A DNA stretch of 64,000 nt from Mobula hypostoma. Lineage: Eukaryota. The notes under the pieces were generated by a model, which was given only the letters and a program-made list of their open reading frames with translations, ran no database searches and had not been told where the DNA came from. The translations under genes and the position numbers were made by a program. This document shows positions 26,301-41,500 of the stretch, piece by piece. Every line of letters starts with the position of its first letter. The first letter of the stretch is position 1. The stretch spans positions 75,642,001 through 75,706,000 of the forward strand of contig NC_086108.1 in NCBI RefSeq assembly GCF_963921235.1, read 5' to 3'.

Positions 26301-29300
26301 AATTGTGAGAGGGACAGAGAGAGAAAAAAAGAGAGAAAAAAAATAAAAAATAATAAATAATAAATAAATAAGGGGTGGGGTGAGAATGGTAGGAGGGGCA
26401 TTAACGGAAATTAGGGAAGTCAATGTTCATGCCATCAGGTTGGAGGCTACCCAGATGGAATATAAGGTGTTGTTCCTCCAACCTGAATGTGGCTTCATCT
26501 TGACAGTAGAGACGGCCATGGATAGACATATCAGAATGGGAATGGGACGTGGAATTAAAATGTGCGGCCACTGGGAGATCCTGCTTTCTCTGGCGGACAG
26601 AGTATAGGTGTTCAGCGAAACGGTCTCCCAGCCTGCGTCAGGTCACGCCAATATATAGAAGGCCGTACCAGGAGCACTGGACATAGTATATCACACCAGC
26701 TGACTCACAGGTGAAGTGTCGTCTCACCTGGAAGGACTATCTGGGGCCCTGAATAGTGGTGAGGGAGGAAGTGTAAGGGCATGTGTAGCACTTGTTCCGC
26801 TTACAAGGATAGGTGCCAGGAGGGAGATCGGTGGGAAGGGATTGGGGGGGAGGGACGAATGGACAAGGGAGTCGCATAGGGAGTGATCCCTGTGGAAAGC
26901 AGAAAGGGGGGGGGAGGGAAAGATATGCTTGGTGGTGGGATCCCATTGGAGATGGCGGAAGTTACGGAGAATAATATGTTGGACCCGGAGGCTGGTGGGG
27001 TGGTAGGTGAAGGCAAGGGGATCCCTATTCCTAGTGGGGTGGCGGGAGGATGGGGTGAGAGCAGATGTGCATGAAATGGGAGAGATGCATTTGAGAGCAG
27101 AGTTAATGGTGGAGGAAGGGAAGCCCCTTTCTTTAAAAAAAGGAAGACATCTCCTTCACCCTGGAATGAAAGGCCTCATCCTGAGAGCAGATGTGGCGGA
27201 GGTGGAATTGCGAGAAGGGGATGGCATTTTTGCAGGAGACAGGGTGGGAAGAGGAATAGTCCAGGTAGCTGTGAGAGTCCGTAGGCTTATAGTAGGCATC
27301 AATAGACAAGCTGCCTCCAGAGACAGAGACAGAAAGATCAAGAAAGGGGAGGGAGGTGTCGGAAATGGACCAGGTAAATTTGAGGAAAAGGTGAAAGTTG
27401 GAGGCAAAGTTAAGTTAATTCAACGAGCTCAGCATGCGTGCAGGAAACAGCGACAATGCAGTCGTCGATGTAGCGAAGGAAATGTGGGGGACGGATACCA
27501 GAATAGGCTTGGAACATGGACTGTTCCACAAAGCCAACAAAAAGGCAGGCATAGCTGGGACCCATACGGGTGCCCATGGCTACACCTTTAGTTTGGAGGA
27601 AGTGGGAGGAACCAAAGGAGGAATTATTGAGAGTAAGGACTAATTCTGCTAGACGGAGCAGAGTGGTGGTAGAGGGGAACTGGTTAGGTCTGGAATCCAA
27701 AAAGAAGTGGAGAGCTTTGAGACCTTCCTGGTGGGGGATGGAGGTATATAGGGACTGGACATCCATGGTGAAAATAAGGCGGTGGGGGCTAGGGAACTTA
27801 GAATCATTGAAAAAATCCAGAGCGTGAGAAGTGTCACGAACATAGGTAGGAAGGGATTGAACAAGGGGGGATAAAACAGTGTCGAGGTATGCAGAAATGA
27901 GTTCGGTGGGGCAGGAGCAAGCTGAGACAATGGGTCTACCTGGACAGGCAGGTTTGTGGATCTTGGGTAGGAGGTAGAAACGGGAAGTGCAGGGAGTGGG
28001 AACTATGAGGTTGGTGGCAGTGGATGAGAGATCCCTAGAGCTGATAAGGTTGGTGATGGTGTGGGAGACAATGGCCTGGTGCTCCTTGGTGGGGTCATGA
28101 TCGAGGGGTAAATAAGAGGAGGTATCCGCTAGTTGTCACTGTGCCTCAGCACGGTAGATGTCAGTACGCCAGACTACAACAGCGCCCCCCTTATCAGCGG
28201 GTTTTATAGTAAGGTTAGGATTAGTGCGGAGGGAGTGGAGAGCAGAGCATTCCGAAGGAGTGAGGTTGGAATGGGAACAAGGTGCGGTGAAGTCGAGACG
28301 GTTGATGTCCAGTTGGCAGTTAGCAATAAATTGATCCAGAGCAGGCAGAAGACCAGAGCGGGGTGTCCATGAAGAGGAGGAGGGTTGAAGACAGGAGAAG
28401 GGATCATCAGTGGGGGTAAGAGAGTCCTTCCCGAAGAAGTAGGCTCGAAGACGGAGCCGCGGAAGAAGAGTTCAGCATCATGGTGTACGCAGAACTTGCT
28501 GAGGTGTGGGCGAAGGGGGACAAAGGTAAGGCCCTTACTGAGGACACAGCGCTCTGCCTCAGAGAGTGGGAGGTCAGAGGGGATAGTAAAGACCCAGTGC
28601 GGGTGAGAGCTGGGAGCAGAAGGGGGAAGGGGGAGGCTGGCGGTGTCAGTGGAGAGTGGAGGGTTGGGGTGAGAGGAAGATAGAGCCTCTGAGGGCCCAG
28701 GAGTTGACGATGGGATCTGAGGGAGACGGGAGTCACAATAGCAGCACGTGAAAACCCAGCCTGGAGTTGCAGTTGGAGGTTGCGCAATTGCTTTGAAAGT
28801 GTCCATGGTTGTTGGAACCCGCATTATCTGAGGGAGATGGGTGTTTGAGGTTAACAACTCATCAGTTAATAACTTATCAGGGGTGATTGATAAGTTTGTG
28901 GCCTAAGGTAGAAGGAGATGAGTTATTAACTTCAAACTTTCTGCATAATCACTCAAAGAGTTGAACTACACGTGCATGTAATGAGAGCTGTATAACTCAT
29001 CTCCTTCCACCTCAGGCCATGAACTTATCAATCACCCCTGCTGTGGGCACTTTCTGGAGATCCAAGATCCGTATGCTCCACGACCGCTGGACTAAGTGTG
29101 TAAATGTAGGAGGGGACTCTGCTGAAAAATAAATGCGCTAGGTTTTCTAAAATTGACTCCTTCCACCTTAGGCCACAACCTTATCAATCAATTCTCCTAT
29201 GTACTTTGATACCAAATTTACTTTAACATTTGAATTAAAATACAAAAAAATTAAACGATTAACAAGGAGATGCATATTTAAAGAATACACTATAATAAAC

Positions 29301-32300
29301 ACTGGAGTCTGGCAACACACTTAGCTTCCTTACCTGCCCAAATGCAATTGAGGCAATAGCAGCAGCTGTGTATCTCCCAACCCCAGGCAGCAGCTTTTGC
29401 AGCTCTTCTGCACTCTTTGGCATGTCACCTTTGAACTCAGACAAAACCTATGAGGAAGGGATGGCACTTAAAGGTTCCATTGCTCTGAGAAAAATCTACA
29501 AATACACTTCTTTCCTCTAGCAAACAAGTACCAAGGATTGCTACAAAGAATGGGACAGACAACACTTAGATATTTCCACAATTCCCTGTACTAAAGTGGT
29601 CCAGTCAGTGGTGCTCCAACTGGAGAAGAGCAGTTTTAATTTTCACCACTTCCTAGTGATGACATGCCTTGTTTTTACAACCAGATAATTATTGATCTGA
29701 AGCTCACTGCACAGGGAACTATTGACAAACTTCCTACATCAGAACTCAGCTGTACATGCGACTGCAAAATTCCTTATTTTTTAATACATTTATAACATCT
29801 ACTTGTGCTCAATTACCATTTTTTACTAAGAATAAAGCACAGATGAAAAGATATCAACTGTGCTATAGCACAGCAATAATGCAAGGTTACCTTTTGTGCT
29901 CCTTCATGCAGTCTTCTTCCCCGGGAGTAATATCCAAGACCAGACCACATTTCATTAACTTCCTACAAGACAACATTAAGGGAACAATTTACTATAATGC
30001 ATTATAAAACATCAGAGTAAATACAGTGGATTGCAGTTAGTTGAACTATCAGTTAATTGGGGCAGCTGCTTATCTGGGGCAACTTGTACAGAACAAAAAC
30101 TAATCAAGAAAATAGCTGGGATTCCCTTCATTTTATTTGGAACACTATGCTGCTTAATTGGGACAGGAGACTCTTGCTGAACAGTTCCTAATTGGTGTTA
30201 GTTGTGTGGCTGTTAGACACTATACCATGCTTAGAGCAAACAGTTTTTAAGTAGTGTCAGTTGTATGTGTTTAGAGTTCAAAAAGCAATGATTTTTCTCA
30301 CTGATAGTTAGCTAGAAAAAAGCTGTAAGACAATTCAAAGCTGTTTTGCTCACTGCAGTTTCAAGCATTCAGAAACAACGGAGTGAAAACGAAATGATTT
30401 CACTACTTCAAGTTAGGAACTACGAAGAATCGACAATCATCTTGAATGTTACAATGAAAATGAAGATTTGGAGGACACAATCATGAAAAGCATTGTATGA
30501 AGGCAGTCCATTATCTACACAAGGTGTCTGCACTGATTTTGTTCATTTACAGTCAATCAAAAGAATGATGAATTCCTCCATTGATACCTATTAGGAACTA
30601 ATACACAGTTTTATAGTAGTATTGATAGTATTCTAATTTTTTTTAGATTTAGATTAGATTTATTTGTTCTATATTTAATTCAAACGCTTAATTTGTTACT
30701 CAGTTAAATGGTAGTTTGTCTTTTTTATACTTTTTAACTAGTTCCATGAAATTTTGGCTAATTGGAGCAGCCACGTAATTGGGCCAAAATGCAGTGGTCC
30801 CCATGTGTCTCAATTAACCAGAATTCTCAGTATTTTGAAAGATCAATCTGAATTTTACAGATGATATCTCAAAGTCACATTATAGAACACAGAACATAGA
30901 ATAGTAAAGCACTGTACAGGCCCTTCGGCCCACAATGTTGTGCCACCCCTCAAACCCTGCCTCCCATATAACCCCCCCACCTTAAATTCCTCCATATACC
31001 TGTCTAGTAGTCTCTTAAATTCCACGACTGACTCAGGCAGTGCATTCCACGCACCAATCACTCTCTGAGTAAAAATCCTTCCTCTAATATCCCCCTTGAA
31101 CTTCCCACCCCTTACCTTAAAGCCATATCTTCTTGTACTGAGCAGTGGTGCCCAAGCGAAGAGGCACTGACTGTCCACTCTATCTATTCCTCCTAATATC
31201 TTGTATACCTCGGTCATGTCTCCTCTCATCCTCCTTCTCTCCAAAGAGTAAAGCCCTAGCTCCCTTAATCTCTGATCTTAATACATACTCTCTAAACCAG
31301 GCAGTATCCTGGTAAATCTCTTCTGTACCCTTTCCAATGCTTCCACATCCTTCCTATAGTGAGGCGACCAGAACTGGACACAGTACTCCAAGTGTGGCCT
31401 AACCAGAGTTTTATAGAGCTGCATCATTACCTCGCAACTCTATCCCACGACTTATGAAAGCTAACACCCCATAAGCTTTCTTAACCACCCTATCTACCTG
31501 TGAGGCAATTTTCAGGGATCTGTGGACATGTACCCCCAGATCCCTCTGCTCCTCCACACTACCAAGTATCCTGCCATTTACTTTGTACTCTGCCTTGGAG
31601 TTTGTCCTTCCAAAGTGTACCACCTCACACTTCTCCGGATTGAACTCCATCTGACACTTCTCAGCCCACTTCTCCATCCTATCAATGTCTCTCTTCGACA
31701 ATCCTCTACACCATCCACAACACCACCAACCTTTGTGTCGTCTGCAAACTTGCCAACCCACCCTTCTACCCCCACATCCAGGTCGTTAATAAAAATCACA
31801 AAAAGTAGAGGTCCCAGAACAGATCCTTGTGGGACACCACTAGTCACAACCGTCCAATCCAAATGTACTCCCTCCACCACCACCCTCTGCTTTCTGCAGG
31901 CAAGCCAATTCTGAATCCACCTGGCCAAAATTCCCTGGATCCCATGCCTTCTGACTTTCTGAATAAGCCTACCGTGTGGAACCTTGTCAAATGCCTTACT
32001 AAAATCCATGTAGATCATGTCCACTACACTACCCTCATCTATATGCCTGATCACCTCCTCAAAGAACTCTATCAGGCTTGTAAGACACGATCTGCCCTTC
32101 ACAAAGCCATGCTGACTATCCCTGATCAGACCACGATTCTCTAAATGGCCATAGATCCTATCTCTAACAATCTTTTCCAACAGCTTTCCCACCACAGACG
32201 TAAGGCTCACTGGTCTGTAATTACCCGGACTATCCCTACTACCTTTATTGAACAAATTATTGTACAGCGTTATTTCTGAAAAGCAGGAGGAAATTTGGAG

Positions 32301-35300
32301 ATGGATTAAACTCCAAGGTTTCAAAATAAAAGATTATTTTACAACAGATTTTCTCTGTTCACATTCCATTTCTTAGCATGAAAATTGGAGTCCAAAAATT
32401 AGGTTACTGCATTTTATTGACCAAAACTCTGTGCTGTGTGTGAAATGAACACAGTTTAATAAAGCTTCATTAGCACTTGGATCTTTATTTGCAAAACAGC
32501 ACTATCTGGGCTCCCTGTGCAGCACTCACATGCTAGCCCTTTGATCCACTGAAAGATCTCACAACTGTCAGCACTTTACAGTAGCACTTTTTGCTGCCAT
32601 CCCTTATAAAGAATATATACAAGTACAATAGTACTCTTCCAATCACTCCATAGCACCAAAACTTAATGAATGCTGCAATAGCAGGAAAGAGTGTGGAAGT
32701 GTTCTTCCAAAGGGTCAGGCAGATCTTGACAGTCTGTGCAAAACGGTTTTAACAAGATGCAGAATCACTAGGTTCTGGAATGGTTCCAGAAGAATGGAAA
32801 ATTGATAATGTCACTCCACTCTTCAAGAAGGGAGAGAGACAGAAGAAAGAAAATTTTAGGCCAGTTAGTCTGACCCCAGTGGTTGGGAAGATGTTGGAGT
32901 AAATTGTTAAGCATGAGGTCTCAGGGTACTTGGAGGCACATGATAAAATAGGCTGTAGTCAGCATGATTTCCTCAAAGGAAAATCTTGCCTCACAAATCT
33001 GCTGGAATTCTTCGAAGAAATAACAAGTAGGGCAGACAAAGGAGAACTGTTAGATGTTGTGTTCTTGGATTTTCAGAAGGTCTTTGACAAGGTGCCACAC
33101 ATGAGGCTGCTTAACAAGCTACAAGCCCATGGTATTACAGGAAAGATTCGAGCTTGGATGAAGCAGTAGCTCATTGGCAGGAAGCAAAGAGTGGGAATAA
33201 AGGGAGCCTTTTCTGGTTGGCTTCTGGTGACCACAGGGTATGTGTTGGGTTATACGTCGATGATTTGGATGATAAAATTGATGGCTTTGTTGCAAAGTTT
33301 GCAGACGATACAAAGATAGGTGGTTTTGAGGAAATAAAGCTACAGAAGGGCTTAGACAGATTAGGAGTATGGGCAAAAAAGTAGAACATGGAACAGTGTC
33401 CGGATGTGTATGGTCATGCACTTTGGTAGAAGAAATGAAAGGGTTGACTATTTTCTAAATGGAGAGGAAATACAAAAAACAGAGGCACAAAGGGACAGGA
33501 GTCCTTGTGCAAGGTCCCCTAAAGGTTAATTTGCAGTTTGAGTCTGTGGTGAGAAAGGCAATTGCGATGTTAGCATTCATTTTAAGAGGACTAGAATACT
33601 GTACAAAAGCAAGGATGTAATGTTGAGACTCTATAAAGCACTGGTGATACCTCACTAAGAGTATTGTCCCTTGTCTTAGAAAGGATGTGCTGAAATTGGA
33701 GAGTGTTCAAAGGAGGTTCCCAAAAATGATTCCAGGATTGGATTGCTTGTCATATGAAAAGCATTTGAAGGCTCTGGGCCTGTATTTACTGGAATTCAGA
33801 AGAATGAGGGGTGAACTCATTGAAACCTATCGAATGGTGAGAGACCTTGAAAGAGTGGATGTGGACAGAATGTTTCCTCTGGTGATAGAGGCTAAGACCA
33901 AAAGACACAACCTCAGAATAGAGGGGCATCCTTTTAGAATGGAGACGAGGAGGAACTTCTTTAGCCAGACAGTGGTGAATCTGTGGAATTCATTGCCACG
34001 GGCAGCTGCGGAGGCCAAGTCTTTATGTATATTTAAGGCAGAAGTTGGTAGATTCTTGATTGGTCAGGGCATGAAGGGATGTGGGTGGCGGGGGGGAGGA
34101 AGGCAGCAGATTGGGGCTGAGAGGAAAAATGGATCAGCCATGGTGAAATGGCAGAGCAGATTCAATGGGCCAATTAGCCTAATTCTGCTCCTATATCTTA
34201 TGGTCTTTGGGCATTGCACTTCTGACAGATGACGCCAGGGGCCCTCTGTAAGAAGTAATACTACACAAGCACCGAATGCTCATTCTTTGTGGAAACCTGC
34301 AAAGCAAATTGCTTTGGGACAGTCTTCTCCCTTTGGACTTTGGGTGACATCGCTAATGCACAGCAGTGAGCAGTGAATTCTTGAGTGATAGCAAAACTCA
34401 TTAGCAATTGCCTGGAATGATCCTTAAAGTTTGTAACCCTGACTTCCATGGAGCAAACAGTGTAGGCACACGTGTGAACCTGCGTTTATTATTTCAGTGA
34501 GGGTTAAAGATTTAGTTTGGCTGCTGTCCCTTTGAATGGCATCAATTCAGGGGAAGCAGTTATGAGAGAGTAAGAGAAAAACTTAAGACTGGAGGGGTTG
34601 AAAAAATACCAGAGATGAATTTTGTTGGCAATATTTAGGACATGTTTTATACCAGAGAAATATTTACAGAATTAACAAAAATCCTGCAGGAAGATGAGGG
34701 ACAAATTTCTAGCCATGGTGCCAAAAGGATCAGAAACAAGATCATAAATGTTTTGCTCTGCATTAAGCCCATTTTCAGACATACAACAGATTTCCCCCAA
34801 CCCACATTATCCTTTCCATAGTCATTTCCCAACTAAACACCAAGTTACATAATAAATTTCCATTTCAAGTTATTTTAAATGTTACAGTTAAAAAGGTTTC
34901 CTGGCTGATGGATGTATGGCTGTACAGAAAGAACCAGTTAATTAATAGGGTGGATTGTCCAGAAACACACATCTGTTGACAAATGGCTACTAAGCAGACC
35001 CATGCACTAGCCTTAATTAAATTACCTTTTAATGAAGCATACCAAGTGAACCAGTCACTACAGGTGGCTATTAGCTGACTGTGGTGTATATTAACCAAAG
35101 TAAGCTAATAGCCACCTGTAGTTCACTGTTGATTACTCACACAAGGAAAAAGACCATGAATGACCATAAATGAATAAACATTCTTCAAGAAGGCATCTGA
35201 TTGACAGGTATTAATGATCTGAGGTGACTTGGTTGAAAACAAAATCCTCTACCTAACTCCAGACAACAAATGGACCCATTGTCCAGCTTGGGCAAGCTAT

Positions 35301-38300
35301 GCCAAATTACTTTCTATAGAAGCTTTAATTTTATAGAAAACAGGAGCCTCAGGAACTGGCCTTTCATGTTAACCAGAAGTAAACAAGGAAGGTGTAATAA
35401 TGCAACGCAATTCATTGTGTCAAGCACTTCTAGCTACGTATTGTACAAAGAATCTATAAAATGCTGTAGAGTACTGAAATTCTACATTCCTTTTAGAACA
35501 CCCACCAAGAATACTCCTATAAAAGGCACACCCCATGCTCAGCAGTCAGACACCACCATAGAAAACGTCAGTAACACCCAAGGCTGAGTCTGTGTGAGAG
35601 GGGGGAGTGGGAGGGGGCCCAAAATATTTCAGCTGGCTGCAAATCACTGCTATATGTGAATTCGGGTGTGCAACGGGTGTGGTAGAATGGAGACACAATC
35701 ATGGAGTTTATGTTATTGAAATATTGAGGTTAGTATCTGGCTGATTGCAGATCATGGGGGTGAAGGTGATGAGGAATCCAGAAGGCTAGATAGTAAATAA
35801 TTAGGATTATTATTATAAGGGGTCGAAGCGCTCGGCAGAGGATGGTGCTCAGAGAGGCTGTGTCGAAGGGGCTGGTTGGAGGCTCGAAGTTTTCGGACGG
35901 ACTCAGAGTCCAATATGGTCGGGTGCTTCCAATGGTGCTGCATTGGCAAGTTGGCGGTGCTTGGAGGTTCATGGCAGGGAGAGTTTCTCCCTTCTGCCGC
36001 CTGCGTAAGATGATGAGTCTATCGGGACTTTGAGACTTTTTTTTAAAGGTGCCCATGGTCTGCTCTTTATCAAATTATGGTATTGCTTTGCACTGTTGTA
36101 ACTATATGTTATAATTATGTGGTTTTGTCAGTTTTAGTCTTGGTTTGTCCTGTGTTTTCTTGTGATATCATTCTGGAGGAACATTGCATCATTTTTTTAA
36201 TGCATGCATTTCTAAATGACAATAAACGAGGACTGAGTGTCCTCATAATCTAATCTAATCTTAGTAAGTCTAAGCCAGAGTAACATTATCAAATCCTGTG
36301 CATCCATTCAAGTGTCCAGTGATAAGACTAATTTTTCTGGCCTCTCTTTGTATGAGAAGTGATATTATGTGAGGCTTACCTAGCAAGCAAATTGCACATA
36401 GAAGTGTTCAATTGAATTTCTGGAGTGAGGCGAAAACTCAAAAACAGTTGTGGCATTTCACTACAGGGTAAGTCCAGGCTTCATTGCATTGAAGTGGTAC
36501 ACAAACAACATCAGTCTACATTAGTGAAGCTCACCAAATTAAAGAAGCATTCTAAACAAGTCAAATTGTAGCATATGGTCAATAAAATACTAAAATGAAA
36601 AAAAATCAGAAGTATTAATGATTTTCAGAGGTTTTACGGAAATTAGTACAAAGTGTGACTCACATGTCTTTTACCTCAAGAGTGGCTTTAGACAGGTCCT
36701 GCAGGTTTGACCACCTCTGAAATTAAAAACAGTAGCAGGATGTGAATCTTGTACCGCCTGCAGTAACTATACTACCTTCAGAATGAAGCCAATTAAAAGC
36801 ACTTTTTTTTACCTGCATCCATTTGTTATAGTAGTTAATCACAGTGGCAACTTGTGTTTGCTGCAACATTATCTCAGATACCCAAACTGTGAAGAAGCAC
36901 AAGGTGAAGAACAATATAAAACATTTTTATTTAAAGGAAAAAGGGTCTGTCAGACAATAAAAATAACACAGTTTATCTAATTTGCCTTCTAATATCCTGG
37001 TACTTCCATCAAACACCGTAAAGTGAACTAAAAACAGCAATCAATTAATTAGAAACTGGTGATGACAAGAGGAAAACCCACTGACGCCTATGATTTCAGA
37101 TGATCTCAGCACCGTTATTAAAAGAGGTGCTGACAGTATGCCTTTCCTTTTCCATAAAAAGAGAAAAATCAAAAGCTCCAATGATTAAGAAATTATAACA
37201 TTTTTTTTGGCAACCAAAATAGCTCTGGCAGTGCCTGGGTAACATAAGCAAAGGGAGAAAATGCATAACGAACTACAAGGTAAACATTTCAGTATTTATG
37301 GTGGAAGATTTGGAGGAGTGGAAACCAGAAAGCGGACTTGCTGCTGGTTAAAATAAGAATTAATTGTTAAATTCAATGGACAAGGAATAATAACTAACCA
37401 AACCTCTCTTACCTTTATAGGAAAAGAACAAGGCAAAAATTATAAAGATAACAATGAGGGGAGCCATAAAAAATTAGTTACCTCAGCATCTGACTATGAG
37501 TTTGTTTAGACATAGAAATATTACCTTGCATCAATATAGGAGTGTGGAGTTAGTTTCATGACAAAGATTTGATCAAAACTCACTTGAGTATGATCAGAAG
37601 TCAGATAACCACTCTCTCTTGATCCTGTTAGAGAAATAATCTCCAAATGTCACCAGCCTGTCTTCCTGATCCGGGAAAGGTGATTTAAAAATAAAGAACA
37701 CGTGCAAAGGGAAGGACTAAAAACATTAACAGACTTCACAATACCTGCATAAGCCCTTTTGTTCAAATTGGATTCTGTCATAGCCTAGGAGGAAAATAGT
37801 ACATTAATCAAATTAAACACTTATGGAGTCACAAATCTTTACTTAATCTTCAAACAATTTAAGTATGGTGGAGAGGGTAAGGCGAGAGAATATGGATCTT
37901 TTGATCTTACCACTGTCCTCCAAGGTAACTCCCTTTTGCTTTTGTCATACCAGGACAGTAGTTTTTCCCTAATGGAGTAAATCTCACCAGGATCCTTAAA
38001 AGAATGATAATCATTTTCCTTTGGAAACTCTGCAAAAATAAGAGTAACAACAAAGCAAATTAGCAAGTAGACAGTGTTGAAACCTACAAATACCAATGTT
38101 ACATGCAGTGAATAAATATAATACTATAGTCAGGAGATATTCGGACTGAGATACACATTCAAACATAGGGATACTGCTTATAATTCCATCCACGCCTCTG
38201 CAAGGCAATTCCACAACTGCCTTCCCACCACCTCCCCCAGTGAGGAGAAATATGTAACAAGAAGACAGAGTACATTAATATCCAATGTGAAGCTAATGAC

Positions 38301-38508
38301 TCTCAAACAAGCAAGTCTTGACTAGTTTATCAAGCAGCTTAAGGTTGGATTTCTTTAACAAGCTATTAACTTTAGTGACTAGTAAACATGGGCCATTCAG
38401 TAAGCAGTATTCTATGTAACTCTCCACCCAAGTTCAACATTATGCACCTCCAAATTTGGTTTTACAAATCCAATCGTCAAAATGGGAACATTTTGTCCAC
38501 TCTGGACA

Positions 38509-38539
<31 letters not shown>

Positions 38540-41500
38540 CGACGATGACGATGATGATGATGACGTCGTCGAATCAGGTCTGAGGCCAGCGTCAGGTATT
38601 TTCATGCCTTACAAGGCGCGGATCGGAAGGCTGTGTGGAGCGCCACTCCTCGCACAGGCATTTCACAGTATTTTTCTTTATTTTACGGGGTCGAGTTGCA
38701 AACTCAACACTCAACCCGGCACGGATGTAAAGCGTTCTTGGGAGCGGCCCGACTGGATTCAAACCCGGGAACCTCCGTTCCGGAGTCCAGCGCTGATGTC
38801 ACTGGACAAGATACAATGTAAAGGCTTTAAAGGTGTAAAGGAAATTTGTCAAAATGATTCCAGGGGAAACTTTATCATGTTGATAGACTCAAGGAGCTGC
38901 AAGATTAAGGAAAAGTGACTTTGAAGAATGTGACCTACAGATCCAGATAAAACTTTTGCTTTACAGAGCAGTCATCCTTCCAACGTTACCGTATGGAGAT
39001 GAACCCATAATGTTGTCCACAACCTAATGTTGTCCCTCTCTTCAAGAAGGGAGGAAGAAGGAAAACTGGGAATTATAGACCGGTTAGCCTGACGTCGGTG
39101 GTGGGAAAGATGCTGGAGTCAATTATAAAAGATGAAATTACGGCACATCTGGATAGCAGTAACAGGATCGGTCCGAGTCAGCATGGATTTACGAAGGGGA
39201 AATCGTGCTTGACTAATCTTCTGGAATTTTTTGAGGATGTAACTATGAAAATGGACAAGGGAGAGCCAGTGGATGTAGTGTACCTGGACTTTCAGAAAGC
39301 CTTTGATAAAGTCCCACATAGGAGATTAGTGGGCAAAATCAGGGCACATAGTATTGGGGGCAGAGTACTGACATGGATTGAAAATTGGCTGGCTGACAGA
39401 AAACAAAGAGTAGCGATTAACGGGTCCCTTTCGGAATGGCAGGCGGTGACCAGTGGGGTACCACAGGGTTCAGTGCTGGGACCGCAGCTGTTTACAATAT
39501 ATATTAATGATTTAGATGAGGGAATTAAAAGTAACTTTAGCAAATTTGCCGATGACACAAAGCTGGGTGGCAGTGTGAAATGTGAGGAAGATGTTACGAG
39601 AATGCAGAGTGACTTGGACAGGCTGGGTGAGTGGGCAGATGCATGGCAGATGCAGTTTAATGTGGATAAATGTGAGGTTATCCACTTTGGTGGTAAGAAC
39701 GGGAAGGCAGATTATCTAAATGGAGTCAAGTTAGGAAAAGGGGAAGAACAACGAGATCTAGGTGTTCTTGTACATCAGTCACTGAAAGCAAGCATGCAAG
39801 TAAAGCAGGCAGTGAAGAAAGCTAATTGCATGATGGCCTTCATAACAAGGGGAATTGAGTATAAGAGCAAAGAGGTCCTTCTGCAGCTGTACAGGGCCCT
39901 GGTGAGACCACACCTGGAGTACTGTGTGCAGTTTTGGTCTCCAAATTTGAGGAAGGACATTCTTGCTATTGAGGGAGTGCAGCGTAGGTTCACAAGGTTA
40001 ATTCCCAGGATGGCGGGAATGTCATATGTTGAAAGATTGGAGTGACTGGGCTTGTATACACTGGAATTTAGAAGGCTGAGAGGGGATCTTATTGAAACAT
40101 ATAAGATTATTAAGGGATTGGACACGCTGGAGGCAGGAAGCATGTTCCCGCTGATGGGTGAGTCCAGAACCAGAGGCCACAGTTCAAGAATTAGGGGTAG
40201 GCCATTTAGAACGGAGTGGAGGAAAAACTTTTTCACCCAGAGAGTGGTGGATGTATGGAATGCTCTACCCCAGAAGGCTGAGGAGGCCAAGTCTCTGGAT
40301 GCTTTCAAAAAAGAGATGGATAGAGCTCTTAAAGATAGCAGAATCAAAGGTTATGGGGATAAGGCAGGAACTGGATACTGATTGTGGATGATCAGCCATG
40401 ATCACAGTGAATGGCGGTGCTGGCTCGAAGGGCCGAATGGCCTACTCCTGCACCTATTGTCTATAACCCTGGACCACCTACAATAGGCACCTGAGAGTCC
40501 TGTAATAATACCACCAAAGACCCTTACTGTAACAAATGGATATAGGTTAAAAAAAAATCCTCTCATTGGTTCATTCTGAAAATACCATAGTTACAAATAT
40601 CACTTCAATACAGTTGGAAACAGCTCTGCTAGAAACAAAGTTGATCTACAAGACCTGCCAATGAATCTAATCTAATGAGTTCATGAAAAGAAGATTAAAG
40701 ATAAAGGCTACCTTTAGTTGTCAGAAGTATATCAAAATATTCAAATATAAAATGACATCGCCTTCTGTGTCAAATTAAATCAGTGAGGATTGTGCTGGGC
40801 AGCCCACAAGTATAGCCATGTTTCTGGTACCAACATAGCATGCCCACAATTTACTTACCCTAACCATATATCTTTGGAATGTAGAAGAAACTGGAGCACC
40901 CAAAGGAAACTCATATGGTCATGTGCAGAATGTACAAATTCCTTACAGGCAACAGTGGGAATTGTATCCCGATTGGTGAAAGCTGGTGCTGAAAAGCGAT
41001 AAGTTAACCTCAACTCTACCATTCCGGCCATAATGGACATAGCTAGCAAAAACAGTACAATTAGAACATAGAACATAGAATAGTACAGCACAGTACAGGC
41101 CTTTTGGCCCACAATGTTGTGCCAACCCTCAAACCCTGCCTCCCATATAAGCCCCCACCTTAAATTCCTCCATATACCTGTCTAGTAGTCTCTTAAACTT
41201 CACTAGTGTATCTGCCTCCACCACTGACTCAGGCAGTGCATTCCACGCACCAACCACTCTCTGAGTAAAAAACCTTCCTCTAATATCCCCCTTGAACTTC
41301 CCACCCCTTACCTTAAAGCCATGTCCTCTTGTATTAAGCAGTGGTGCCCTGGGGAAGAGGCGCTGGCTATCCACTCTATCTATTCCTCTTATTATCTTGT
41401 ACACCTCTATCATGTCTCCTCTCATCCTCCTTCTCTCCAAAGAGTAAAGCCCTAGCTCACTTAATCTCTGATCATAATGCATACTTTCTAAACCAGGCAG

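Larger units (their letters stand above)
25739..29201. mobile_element. Mariner-derived non-autonomous element with long inverted arms, interrupted by a PLE
   Basis: Arms of about 210 bp (25739-25948 and about 28987-29201), TA flanks; both arms encode a mariner-transposase-like C-terminus ([17 protein letters not shown] / [17 protein letters not shown]). Confidence 0.75.

Noticed and set aside
25745..29190. CRISPR-like recurrence of a 34-bp motif
   Set aside because: Irregular spacing, mixed orientation and vertebrate context; these are transposon terminal motifs.
38388..38918. 176-aa ORF with a poly-Asp tract
   Set aside because: The poly-D is the (GAT/GAC)n SINE tail read antisense.
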